A program made the position numbers and the translations under genes. Below are positions 23,909 to 36,252 of a stretch of DNA of 64,000 bases, piece by piece; the stretch's first letter is position 1; every line of letters starts with the position of its first letter. The notes below the pieces were generated by a model. It saw nothing but the letters and a program-made list of their open reading frames with translations, did no database searches and was not told the origin of the DNA. This DNA comes from Lepidodermella squamata (taxonomy: Eukaryota; Animalia; Gastrotricha): the NCBI GenBank assembly GCA_047495785.1, contig JBLDXI010000024.1, positions 1,612,001 through 1,676,000 on the forward strand. Direction: 5' to 3'.

Positions 23909-24338
23909 TTTAGCCAGAGTGCTGCGCATCCGATTTTTGATCGTCTTCGTGGAACACTTCCTCGGCAATCTGCGTTTGATGAGCTATAATTTGCAAAACT
24001 CAGCCGTGAATACTGATAAATCGAAAAATAAACTGACTGATAGCAGTTATAGGGGATGGCTCGTAATGAGTTGTAGGCACTGATTGTGATCGATACAATT
24101 TCCAATTGATATTGCCGTGAAATCTCGCACCGTTGAGTGCATTCGACCCGTTGCCCGATTCGTCTGACTGAGATGACTTGAAAAAAGCGATGATTTGAGC
24201 ACGCACCTTGTCATCGATTGTCTCATGATCAGCATCGGCCGCAATTATCTGAGCGTCTTTCAATTGCCGCACAAAGGCGGGGTTCTTTAACAGCAAATCA
24301 ACGTCATCCATATCCATCTCGGCATCATTCGTGTCCAT
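23909..24338 (-). CDS. Small orphan protein (~110-125 aa), possibly 2 exons
   Basis: ATG ORF MDTNDAEMDMDDVDLLLKNPAFVRQLKDA... with protein-like composition. A possible GTCAGT...TATAG intron gives the tail THQTQIAEEVFHEDDQKSDAQHSG*. No family recognised. Confidence 0.45.
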
Positions 24339-25873
24339 GTTTTAAAATAAAAATTCTACTTTATAGCGGAAAATTCTGATACTGTATAAAAGGAGGATTA
24401 ATAATAGTATTAATGGAGAAAAATAAGCAACTGTTATTAGGACGAAAATTTGTGTGCACTCTTGAATAAAGCCACACATGCAAATGAAAAAAAAACATAT
24501 CGAAAACGGCAACTAGCAAGCGAAAAGGTGTCTACATAATTTTTTGTATTCGACTGAATGACAGAGTAATAATATTGCGAGTACTCACTGCGCATATTAT
24601 TTGTTAATAAATTTGTAATACAATAAAAAAAATACATAATATATTATATATGCCGTGCTTCGGAAACATGTGAAATTATATCGGAAAGTGTGTACATAGC
24701 CGCTTTTTTTCGCGCATATATTCATCTTATATCAGGCGAGCTTTTTGCTATATACCGCAAATGGTTGTTGTTATGTAATGAATAAGCTATACTAAAGGGC
24801 GTGTATATGGCGGGTTTTTCTCTCGGCGGGGGCACATGGCAGTTTCAGTTCTACTTCATAAAAAAGTGAAAATATATAAGAGAAATAAATCGATAACCTA
24901 TTATGTCTTTTCAAGGTTCATTACCTTTTATTCATTAAAAATAATTTCCACCGGAAGAGAAAAACATGGCCTGGTTTCATAAAATTTCCTGATTCAACTT
25001 TTATAGAAGAATAAGCTGAAAAGCTATAATATTTTAATGGAATTCGATAATTTTAATAAATATTCTGCACACGTCACTATAATGAAATGTTGATCTCATG
25101 GAGTAGCAGTAACTGAAGATGAAAATTCTCAGCGTTTTTTATCTAAGATTCAGCTTTCCATATTGCCATGTTATTAAATGAAAGGTGCGTTTTTGCTGAT
25201 AGAATACATGAAATATATGTTGAAACACCTGCCTCCCGTCTCTTTCGTTGTCGGTAATAAAAATTCCTATATATCACATGCGCACGTAGTATTCTTACAG
25301 CCGAAGAGAAGATTGTTGGGTTGTATTATATTATGAAAGCATCCATGAAAGGAAAAAAGCGCAAGAAAAACACGCGCTGTTGTGGTTTGCGATATATATA
25401 TCGGCGTTAATTATTCAAAGTATATCGTGCCATTTTGGCGCCTTGATACTGCCTGTCGTCGAGTCGGAATATCGCAAATACTTAGCAAAATGACGAGATT
25501 ATCGTAAAAAAATCCCGATATGTCCGTTTTGCCGTTCGCGTACCATTTTCAGAAACAATGAAAAAACCAGGAATTATGTAACATTTTCTTTAATTTATCA
25601 CTCAATTTTCTGAGAAAAAAACAATAAAATCAATAAAAGCCAGTAAATATACAACGTGGGTCTGAATAATAGTACAATTTCTCAGTTCTCAGATGTAGAC
25701 GTATAATTTTCCACCATGGTTACATGAAATGTCGTGATAAATAAATTATTTATATACTCAGGAATAATAAAAGAAAGCCCAAAATATTTATTTCAGATAA
25801 GTGTATACTAAAAAAGCACTGAACTGGAACCTACAAAACACAAGACACTTTTCAGTTCAAATCCGTCGCGACC

Positions 25874-27841
25874 TCAATCCGAATCGCTGAAATCGTCTGT
25901 TGTTTCATCCTCGCTTTCTATAAAAATTCGATATTTTAATAATTTTTTAATTAATTTTAAATGATTTTTTTACCTGCGAACAAGTATTGCCGTTGCGTAA
26001 TTTCGCGCCTCAAAGCTTCGGCCATACTTTCAGGCGGCTGATTAGCCGGCGATTGATTTCTATGGTGTTCACTCGATTTTTTCAAAGCGGCGCCTTGAAT
26101 TGCCGATTTCAAGTCACCGCCTCCGACGCCTGATTTCCCGCCCGCCTTCGCAACAGGTTTCAACGAGATACCCTTTCGAATATCGTTCAACAGGTTGTCG
26201 CGAGCCGGTGGGGCGGACGCTGCTGGTTTCGGCGCGGCTGGCCATGAGGCTGAATTTTCGTCATCACTACCGCCCGGTCTCGGAGCTGCTGGAGCTGGCC
26301 GTTTTGGCATTGAATTTCCAGGCAGGGGCGGGGGAGGCGGTGGTGGGGGAGGTGCGTTGTGGCCAGGTAAGGCTGGTGGCGGTAATGGAGGCGGCGGAGG
26401 GATTGCCCCCTTCCCAACCGTTGGCAAAGGAGGTGGCGGTGGGATGTTACTACCATGGCTAGGAGGCGGCGGAGGGCGAGCCGGAGCCGCTTTATTACTA
26501 CTAATAATCGGAGGAGCCGGACCTGGCGGGCGGGGTGGTGCTGTTCGTTTAGCGTCTGCAAACTGGATATCGGCCACATCAGGCCCACGTACTGAACAGT
26601 ACTCGCTTCGAACTCGTTCCATCCCACCATTTTGTTGGATGAAGTCGGCGATAAATTGGCGCTGCTTGTTCGATTTCAGCTTGATACCTGTCGTGTCAGT
26701 GATATCGCGCAGTAATTCGAGGCAAGCTGGGTCTGCGAACTGAAATAGGGCGAACTAAACCTTGAAAAAAGTTGAATTTTAATGACTCACGTCAATTCCA
26801 GAGTCTGCGCCTAAATGGGCTCGAACTTCGAACGACCCAGCCAATGGGGCGCCAATGTCGAGTTTTGTGATTTTTTGATTCTTCTTCTGATTTTTCGCAT
26901 GTTTACTGCCCTTATTTCGAGCAGCATCGACGCCTTGGCGGAAAACCAACTCGGCTGCTCCGCATTGAACTGGAACTGTTTCTATACGAAAAATCAAGAA
27001 TTTGTACGCAAATTCGACGAAGGCTATCAATTCCTTACTAAGATGCAGATCCGATGACTGGATCATTCCAACACTGGCCAAATCATTGGCCATCATTGTG
27101 GCGGACATAGGTGGCTGCGGTTGAGGTGGCGATTTATTCATCAGTGGCATGGTTTTCGAAAAGTTGTTTTGGTCATTCAGAATCAACTGATTGGCTGGCA
27201 GTATTTGAGGGCTCGGCGTTCCGTTGTCTTCGCCGCCACTGTCGCGAGCGTCTTTCGGCTTTTTCCGATTCATTTTTTCAATAATAACTCGGTAATAATC
27301 ACGAGCCTCGTCTTCACAGGCAAAACAAAGACCTCCCATACAGTCCTTAATAATAATGAAAATTTCAAACAACAAGTTCAAGTCGATTCAAGAGCTTACA
27401 TCGGCCTCGAACGATATGAAAAATGGTTTCAATAATTGGGGTTGGGGAGATTCCTGGAACATTTCCTGTTCCCATAACAGTTGCTCGGTCTGGAAATATA
27501 TTCGGAATTATTTGAAAAAATCCTGGAAATATTTCCTTACGTAGATGTCGTAGATTCGAATAAAAAACGACCGTTTGGTAAAATCTTTAACAAAAGCGAC
27601 CACGCCGATAAATCGCCGCAGCCACTGGTCATGGTATGGTGGCTCAGTTAGGAAAAGTTGAGCAACTCCACTAGCCAAGGTCTAACAAAAAATCGGAAAA
27701 ATAGCAGATTCCTTTGATGAACTATAACAATCTTACGATGCATTTGTTTCCCAGAAGCGAGAAAAACAGTTGATTTTCTTCGATTGAAAGTACCTTTGAG
27801 CCAACGTTGGTCTCTTTAAGGCGGCCGTCTCGGTTGGCCAT
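25874..27841 (-). CDS. WASP: Wiskott-Aldrich syndrome protein (WASP/N-WASP)
   Basis: WH1 (NVGSKVLSIEENQLFFSLLGNKC, GVVAFVKD, LLWEQEM), basic region and CRIB (ITKLDIGAP..SFEVRAHLG), polyproline, WH2 (RDNLLNDIRKGISLKPV), central helix MAEALRREI, and acidic last exon ESEDETTDDFSDSD*. Confidence 0.95.
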
Positions 27842-29442
27842 CGGCAGGGGTCTTTTTTGTTGTTTAAAAAAATTGAAGCACCAATAACTAACTGGTGACA
27901 TTGTTATTTCGTTTGATGATGATGGCGAATGATTAATGATGATTCACGACAAATAACAGATGGGCAGCAGAAAAATGGCGCCGCGTGCGAGTGTCGACTT
28001 TTGTTTCGCAGAGTTTTGTTGTTTTCAATAATTGTTATTATAGCGAATAGTTTTGATGTATAATCAATTTACTGCGCACGCTCGGTAAAGCGAGGCGAGG
28101 CAGCTAAAGGCGGGTAACATTAGGCATATAAAGTGCGATGCTATGTTATTGTTGCTACCTTTAAGAGCGCGCATAAGGTCGACTCCCGACGCGTCGCCTT
28201 AATTAAGGCGCCGCTCGCAATAAATGGAACTCTGGCGCGCGCATTTGCAAACAAATTTTCGAACACAAGGAGAGAAACAAATTGGCAACGTCACAGGGCA
28301 GCAGACGCTTCTTGTCTATACCTATACATTTTGTGTCACCTTATAGCAGAAAAACGTAGCTAGATCTTTTATTATTACCATGAATAGCGCACGCCATAGG
28401 CAATGATATATTTCACGAGCTTTTTACACACAACGAACAATCGTGTTGCCTTTTCTATGTTTTGAAGGCTAAATTATTGTTGTAGTAAAAACACTCCGCT
28501 TATATATCCAAGCCAAACGCTAACATAAGCAAAAAATTATTCAAATTATTCCATACGAAATTATAGAATAACAAAATTGATCAGATCTAGGCCAATATAT
28601 TTATAACAGGTGTCTACGGATACTATGATTGTACTTTGGAAGTAATAAGATGAAAAAATAACAAGCTGTTTGACAATAAAAGAGAGACTAATAAAACAAA
28701 GCTGAGAGCTGAGTAATGCATAGTTTTTACATTATTATCATTCCATTAAAGCCAAGAGTCTGGATTATTCACTCTCTTACAACTTATATATATCAAGGTA
28801 TATTTTATACGAAAAATACTAGCAAGTACTGCGTGACGGCTTTTAGTGTAAGCATAATAATCACGTGTTTAAGACAAGACGCGTTTGATTGCGCACCTTT
28901 TACAGCCTTGACGAAAACGACACGCGGCGCAAAAATAATCTGGCCCAGGTGTGTAAAACGCGCAATAAATAGCGCGCGATTGTTTATCAACGGCGTTTAT
29001 TATCGCCGCATTATTCTCGCCTCAGGTGTTGCTGGGGAAAAGTTATTCGAAGTAGGCTATCATTATTATTTGTAAACGTCTCGGGCAAAGCTGATGACGT
29101 TATATACAGAAAGAAACAAACATCAGCGTTTTACCTGTTGAACTGCGTCTATGAAACAATGCCGGTGTGTGTTTGCCCAGACACTTTAAGTGTAGATACC
29201 TACCTATATGGCGGGCAATAAATGATTGTCGCGCTGTTAATAACAATTTTCAGGTCAGCTGGTCAGCGCGCGTGCAACATGACCGCTTGAAACCAGCTCG
29301 CACGCGCACCAGAGTGACACACGCGCTGAACCCGTGAAAACGAACGCATTAAAAAAATCCACCTTAAAACTTTTTCATACAAAACGCATTCTCATGTTTT
29401 ATTAAGGAATTATTGCAATATAATTCAAGAATGTGATGCGTG

Positions 29443-30019
29443 TCAATCGATAAGCGCAGTTAAAGGTGTAGTAGCTCGCTTCACAGCCAAATACTTAGGA
29501 TCAGACTTCACCGAAGTCAGCTTTTCGTGATTACCGGTAATGTTGACCTTCAAGTCGATTACAGGTTTTATTGCTGCTGGTTTCTCGCTGGCGGAAAAAA
29601 CGACATTCAAATACGGGAAACTGCCTTTAAGTGCGCACCTTTTCGATGCGAAATGAAGCTTGTTCATTTCTTGCGACGAAAGAAGAAGCAACTTATTCGA
29701 TTTGGAACCTTTGCTAGGCGCCGATTTGCTTCGTTTTCGCTTCTTCTCGTTCTGTAATGGCGATTTTTGATTCGATGATGGAGGGTGGCTAGATATTTGA
29801 AATTAATGAGAGCAATGACATTTTTTGCTTTTTTTACCGGGAAGCTGTTTTGGGCCTAGGAGCTCGGCTCGAGCTTCGCTTCCGATCTGATTTAGGCGGA
29901 CTCGAACTAGGTCGCTTAGTATCGGGTGCTGATTTCTTCGCCGATCTGCTACGGCTTTTCGATCTCTCCCGTTTGCCCACTGCAGTTACAGGCCGGTCTT
30001 TTTTACCCTTGTTTGGCAT
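29443..30019 (-). CDS. Basic Ser/Arg/Lys-rich protein (~175 aa), 2 exons; protamine-like or H1-tail-like
   Basis: ORF 29834-30019 (RERSKSRSRSAKKS...RKRSSSR) splices via GTAAAA...TCTAG into HPPSSNQKSPLQNEKKRKRSKS..., which is in frame with ORF 29443-29691. Confidence 0.65.
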
Positions 30020-31023
30020 AGTGTTTTCGAAATGTGGTAAAATGAGTGAGAGAAAGCAATTTTCCTAGTCATACCAAATTATGGACCGCTCAAATCCGAA
30101 CTTGTTATCACCTCTGTAATATAGTTTTCTCAATCGATTTCAGGCGTTGCTAAGCGCTTTTCCCAGAAAAACAGCGCTTGCATCAACAAATGACCCCGTT
30201 CGCATTTTCTTTGCACATAATTTCCACATGTTTTTATTATCGTTTTCCATCGATTATAACAATCTTTTCTACCGAGACACAACTCGCCACTATATATATA
30301 ATTATTTCATAATATGATCAAACTAGCGACTGAAAACTTGCTTTTGAGTGACGTAGAGCCTCAATCTATCAGTCGAAAATTGCTGCTATATAACGTGAAA
30401 GAGCGAACTAATTTTTCGAATAGATATTATATAAATGCCGAAAAAAATTAACAATTTTTCATATCGAAAAAACACGCGGTAATGATATAACAGCAAGAGA
30501 AAGGACGATGAGAGAGAAAAAAAATAGAAAAGAAGCAAAATCGTGTGCACCTTTCTAATCAAACCGATTAATCGAATCTTTCAGCAGCGATTAGACCGTT
30601 AAAGCAATATAGAAAACTCGATACAATAACTGCGTTGTTTTCTTAGAATAAGCCGTTTTTTTAAACAAAAATGTAAAATTAAGTATGACCAAAATACCCA
30701 GTGATAAGGCAGTAGCTGAAATGATAGAAGTATAGCTAACGGCCTGGAAATTCGGTGTTGATAATCAGATCGAAAGTCACTTTTCATCGAGAGAAACTTA
30801 TCAAGTGGCGATGACGAACAAATGAAATAAGAAACAACCAGAAAAACCATATGATAAAAGCAGAAAATTAATCCATCTCGATTTTTTTTAATACGAAACA
30901 AACGATATATATATATGTGGAAACAATGCGGGAGTAGACCGGGTCGAGCACCAAAAACGTCGTGCACTATAATACGTTCACTTTTTATTTTATATAAATT
31001 CAGGTGATTTTTTGTGTTAGAAA

Positions 31024-34000
31024 TTAACGAGGTGAAGCAACAAGACAAGAGTTCAGAACAATGTCCATGGTATCGGGTGGTAGCGATCTCGCAATCTGCA
31101 AATACTGAGCCGTTAGCTTCTGGTCGAGCCCAGGCGGCAACCTCACGCCTTGTAATACCAATCGCGACTAGAAAAAGATAACTTCATTAATTAAAATCTC
31201 AAAATCAAGCGAAATATTTAGATATTGATGTAAATCCAATCCAAAAAAATTAAAAAATTTGAGGACAAATTTAGAAATACTGCAATGACATTCTCCGATA
31301 CGGAAATCTCATTGCCATGATATCGCTACTTCGATGCCAATTTCATCGCACATGTTTCTCCATTCGGGTGAGTTGCTTGAAGGCGTTTCCTGGATGCCTG
31401 CCCTGGCTGGCCCTATCATCTCTGGTGCGTTCTGGGTACTTTACCAAAACATCCGGGTCATTTTCTCTACGCATTTTACCTTTCGCTTTCTTCCGGATTA
31501 TTCAGGCGGCTCGTCTACGTATCGCGGTGTCCTTCTAACTTCGAACCTACGAGGCTCTCAAGACCAACTGCGCAAATATCACGCGACAGGTTTGCGACAT
31601 CTTTGTTAAATGCTGTGAACAATGCGATCGTCGTACCGAAGAATCCGAAGTCGGCGGTACGTTATTTTCTAGCACAACGGGGTGCCAGCTCATTACTGGA
31701 AAGAATTTCGAGGCTTGCGAATTATCTAAATTCGATCAGAATTGGTCTACTTGGCATATTTCTTCGCATGTCTCTTGAAACAAACCATGGATTTTGGTCT
31801 CTTTTACGACATACACCAATCCTGTTGCTTTTTGTGATGCTTGTTTTGCGGGCGATTTAGTTCAGCGACGTTTGCAAACCGGCTATTGCATTAAACTCAT
31901 CTGCTGGATGTCTCGACGCCAAGACAGTACTGCCATGTCTAGCACATAAACTGAATATACTGATCTCGCGACTTGCGCCATGGATTGTATGTGGCTGATC
32001 CGCATCTTCCAAGAATTATCATCATCCTCGCCCTGTCCGTTTGACTGTGTGGTGAGGGGATGCGATATAATCTTCGATGTGAATGGTTCAAAATCCAATT
32101 TCTTCTCGAAAAACTCGTCATGTTGACTTGAAATATCATTATAAGTTTGATGCTCATGAAAAAGGATTGACCGATGTGAAATGGTGCAGTTCTGATGAAC
32201 AACTGGCTGACTATCGACTGTCTTACCGGCATCTAAATTCGAGGCTCTACGCGACAAACTCAGCGTTCGACAACATCCCTCTTCGTTGAACTCGCCTCGG
32301 GGTGCAAGATCAAATTATAGCATAGAGTATTCCCTTATTTACGAAGAAATTCAGTCAAACCGGCTTAAACCATCAGAATTCTCAGGTTCAATGCGTGGAA
32401 AAATTCCTTGCCGAATATAATTTTCGAAAAATAGGCAAAATACGCTAGCTCAACGGGACCTATTTTCTAGCAATTCATAATTAAAATTTGCGTTGGGACA
32501 TTCCTTTATTTCGATTCAGCTTTCGATTAAGGAACCGAATTAATTGAGAAAATTTGGAACGAAAAAAGACTGAATATGTGAATCACTTTACTGTACAAAC
32601 GAAATGCAATTCTCACCTGAAGGTCTTTGGTGCGCATGAGCAAATCGATCATTTCAACTTCAATGCGGCCCGCACACCACGACTGAACATCAACCTCGGC
32701 AAACAGCTTCAAATGCTCGATGCCAATGTGCTGCTTCAGTTCATCGGTGCGCCGGTTGAACCACAAGTGAAAGTTCGGGCTCTTGAAAAACCGCCTGTAC
32801 AGCCCGGCCCAGTCGCCCTTCACCGCCGACGTTAGATGCGGCCCAGTTTGAGCGAGTTTCCCCAGAAATTCCTCCTGGTCGAACCGCGCCAGGGTTGGAA
32901 CAGCCATCAGCGGGTTGAAGGCGTTCTGCCTTGGCATTAAGTTATTGTTGATGAAAGACTCGAGCGGTGTAATCAGACTGCTGGTTAAATCGGAGAAGAA
33001 TCGAGCGAGAAGTGAGCACAGCACATCACGATCGCGTCCATTCGCCGGCTCCCGGCCTTTACCCAGCTCTTCAACAAAATCTCGGCCCAGGTTATTCGCC
33101 CGTTTCAAATGAGCCTTGTAATTCGTGTAGATGCCAACGCGTTCTTCCGCCTTTTTCACAGCACTCAATTTTCGTTTATTACCCCCGAGAGCTAGCGAGG
33201 ATGACGAGTCGGACTGGTGCATGGTGGATATTGTCATATTTGAGGCGGATCTTCGCATCGGACTAGCGGGCGAGCCGGGTGTCGGCGAATTCGATGCTGT
33301 CGTGCAGTAGATCGGCATGCCGTGATCGCTGACCCCTATCACGCTGTACCGGCCCTCGGCCAGCTTCAGAAAGTGAGGATTCGCCACTCCGAGAATGACT
33401 GGTGGGCTAAAATCGGTGTTAGAAATAAACGCGACAAATTAGATAATTTCTCAAAAAATTAACTTGTGTGAACGCGATTTATTTCTGTTTGGTTTCTTTA
33501 CGCCTACTCAGGATGCAGCCACCGGTTTTAAGATGGATGCAACACGCGAGGCGAGAAAATAAAAAGACACGAAAAATACTAAAAAGTACCGTAACGTCGG
33601 GTAATCGGGGACAGGGTCATTTTTGTGGGTAAATAGCCGAATAATAAAATTCTCATTTTTGTCCATTTTTGAATGGTAATTAGGAAATTTGGATGTCGAT
33701 TTGGGAACCCATCATTACCGTTTCCAGGTATAAAAAATCGACATGAAAATACCCTAAGCTTTGCTCTCTGTGTAACCAATAACCAAGGGAAAACACAAAT
33801 TGAAAATTGGAGTCAGCAGGAAATCGACCGAATGTTCAGGTACAAATTCGGAAAATTTCGGGCTTTTGTATTTGAGCGTAAAAGGATTTTATTTTCTTTC
33901 GTTGAAAGAAATTCCGTTCTTACTTTTTAAAAAAATTTCATATTTTTTCATATTTTTTCAAAATTCAACAAATATTTCAACAAATATTATGCAAATGGGC

Positions 34001-36117
34001 ATCCAAAATTAATCGCTAATTTTGCAAGTTTAGTCAAATAGGATATAGGATTCAAATTACCGAAAATCAAATAAAAAATGAAAAATTGCCAAAATTGCCA
34101 AAATTGAAAGGAAAATCGGGAATCATCATGCAATCCTTTGGTTACAATTTTTTGAGCAATAATTGATTTTTAACCTTCCAATAACAGGTTTTGCCCTAGT
34201 TTACCGCTCGTTACGGTATTTTTTAGTTAGATCGCAAAAATTGGGAGAGCAATTGTTTTCTCATTGAACTTGATTGAAAAAGAATACTTACGCTTCATTT
34301 TCTGGACAGCAAGCATATTGCTTGAATTCAGAATCATGAACTGTGAAGAAGGGTCGATAGTCGGTGGCGTATTGCAGCGGCCAAATGAGCGAGACTAACG
34401 TGTTAACCGCATCCGAGGCGACCTGAGGGTTAGGCGCGTAGACTAGAATAGGCTGGTTGGTTAGCACGAGTTCCCACACCAGTTGCAGGTTGCCTAATAG
34501 CGCGCGAAATAGCAGGACAAAGTCGAGGTGGATGTGGACAGGCACGGTGAAGCGTAGCAGGTCGTTCGACGTGAATCGGGGCGATATGGAGGCGGGGCTG
34601 AGCGGATTTTCGGTGGCTTGCAGGGCGGCGGCCTGCACGGCCAGTAGGGAGTGACGGCAGAAATGCGTTGGCACTTTCGCGCCGCTGTTCATCGCAGACG
34701 GCGCCAGCAGGTTCATTGAGCTGCTCGATGTGAAAGCGGCGAGAGCACTGTGCTTCGACGGGATTATCACTTGGAACGGCGTGCTGAACAGTGAAAGAAT
34801 CATCGGCGTTGCAGGCAGCGGCGGCGGCCAAGAAGACATCTCCTTCCATACTAGAATAAAAATTCAAACACGATTAGCATTACATTCATTCCAGTTCACA
34901 AAATCGATAAATCAATCATTTGGACATTCGAGTTTTTATCGGTCAAATTCAAGCATCGCTCAAGTCTCGACTTTCCTATAATTTCATAGCGATTCCCAAT
35001 TTTTAACCCAAGATTGCTTAAATTTTCACGCGAGGTTAGTTTCGCTTTGAGAGGACAGCTAACGAATTATACTTCTGCCTTTTTAAACCTTTTTTGACTC
35101 GATTTCTATCCATTTTTATCGATCGATGCAATCGATTTTTACAAATCACAGATTTTTTCCGATATCTACAGACTTGGAAGCCAATATTGAAATTGTTTCT
35201 ACATACCTGATGATACCAGCTAGTTAAAACGAAATACCAGTGTCATAGTGGACATCAGTATCGATTAAGAAAAGAAAAGGCCGAAATCGCAAAGAATTGG
35301 AAAAATTAGTGCAGTGACGCTCAAATTTAGTGCTAGAAACTCTGTTTTAGTGGTACAAATATTTAGTCCCTGCAAATATTCACACCTTTAATCTGAACTA
35401 GAGCAACACGCTACGCTAAAGCACAATAAAAGTGAAAAATTGTACAACGCTAAATTCAAAATATGGGAGGCTCAAATATTTAGATTTTAAGGTGGATTAG
35501 AGAGATATTTCTTGCATTTAGCTGAAATTAGGAAAATTGGGATAACTCACTCGTTTCCAAAGCAGGTATTCCATGCTCGAAGAAATGCGGCGCCACTTGA
35601 GCCACACAAGCCAGAAATAAGTTGACGAATGGATACCGAGACAGTAGTACTAAAGACTAAAATCAGAAAAAACGAGTCATAGTCATACTTTTAGGTATCA
35701 AAAATCACGTCATACCTTTTGAAAGTAACCTCTGCGATTCGACGCATCTTTCATCTGACGGAAATACGCGAATCCGTGAAGATGGGTCGGACAGGGTTGA
35801 AGCGCCGGGCAGTAGTCGCGGCATATCTGATGCTGCAAATGCCTGTTCTTATTCGCACTAATTATCGCAGCTTCGTCCTGTGATCGTCGCACTCGGAACG
35901 AATAGACCAAATCGCCGAGCAGGCCCGAATTCGAGTCTGGGAAAGCCAGATAGCAAATGCTGGACATCTCCTTTTCGCTGAGGGCATAATTCGGCGGGAA
36001 AATCGACTCGATTTTAGACCCGATCTCTAAATCGAAATTGACCACGCAAAAGCAGTCGACCCACGACAGCTGGTCGTCGTCCAAGGCCCCATTATTTTTC
36101 AGGTTATTCGGAGTCAT
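31024..36117 (-). CDS. DENND6: DENN domain protein 6 (FAM116; Rab14 GEF family), ~5 exons
   Basis: WVDCFCVVNFDLEIG, ICYLAFPDSNSG, RRGYFQK, LVWELVLTNQP, DYRPFFTVHDSEF, GVANPHF and KGDWAGLYRRFFKSPNF. Last exon 31024-31167 (SRLVLQ...SLPPDTMDIVL...) found by hand. Confidence 0.93.
31690..32250 (+). mobile_element. Ty1/copia RT-RNase H remnant in the last DENND6 intron
   Basis: AFCDACFAGD, ICWMSRRQDSTAMSST*TEY, CMWLIRIFQEL and RKTRHVDLKYHY...VKWCSSDEQLAD match copia RNase H motifs, with a stop and frameshifts. Confidence 0.85.
33589..34216. mobile_element. Tc1/mariner/pogo-type MITE with TA TSD
   Basis: TA|CCGTAACGTCGGGTAA ... TTACCGCTCGTTACGG|TA, within a DENND6 intron. Confidence 0.7.
35130..35362. 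repeat. Dispersed repeat copy related to 7795-8027
   Basis: Shared blocks ATCGATTTT(T)ACAA, CTGATGATACC, GCCGAAATCGC, AATTTAGTGCT and TTTTAGTGGT occur in the same order. Confidence 0.65.
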
Positions 36118-36252
36118 CAACCCATATAAAAGCAATTTTCATTTCAAATCATTCTAAAATAACAATACAAAATTCGGAATGATCAATATTTTTTTATCAA
36201 ATAACATGTTTAAACGTTGTTGAGCTATTAGAAGAAAGAAAGCTGTTTTGTT

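Noticed and set aside
26100-26743. Gly-rich + strand ORF (182 aa) and neighbours
   Set aside because: Antisense shadows of the WASP polyproline exon.
30599-31048. 149-aa minus-strand ORF
   Set aside because: Lies in the DENND6 3'UTR region, with low-complexity AT-rich translation.
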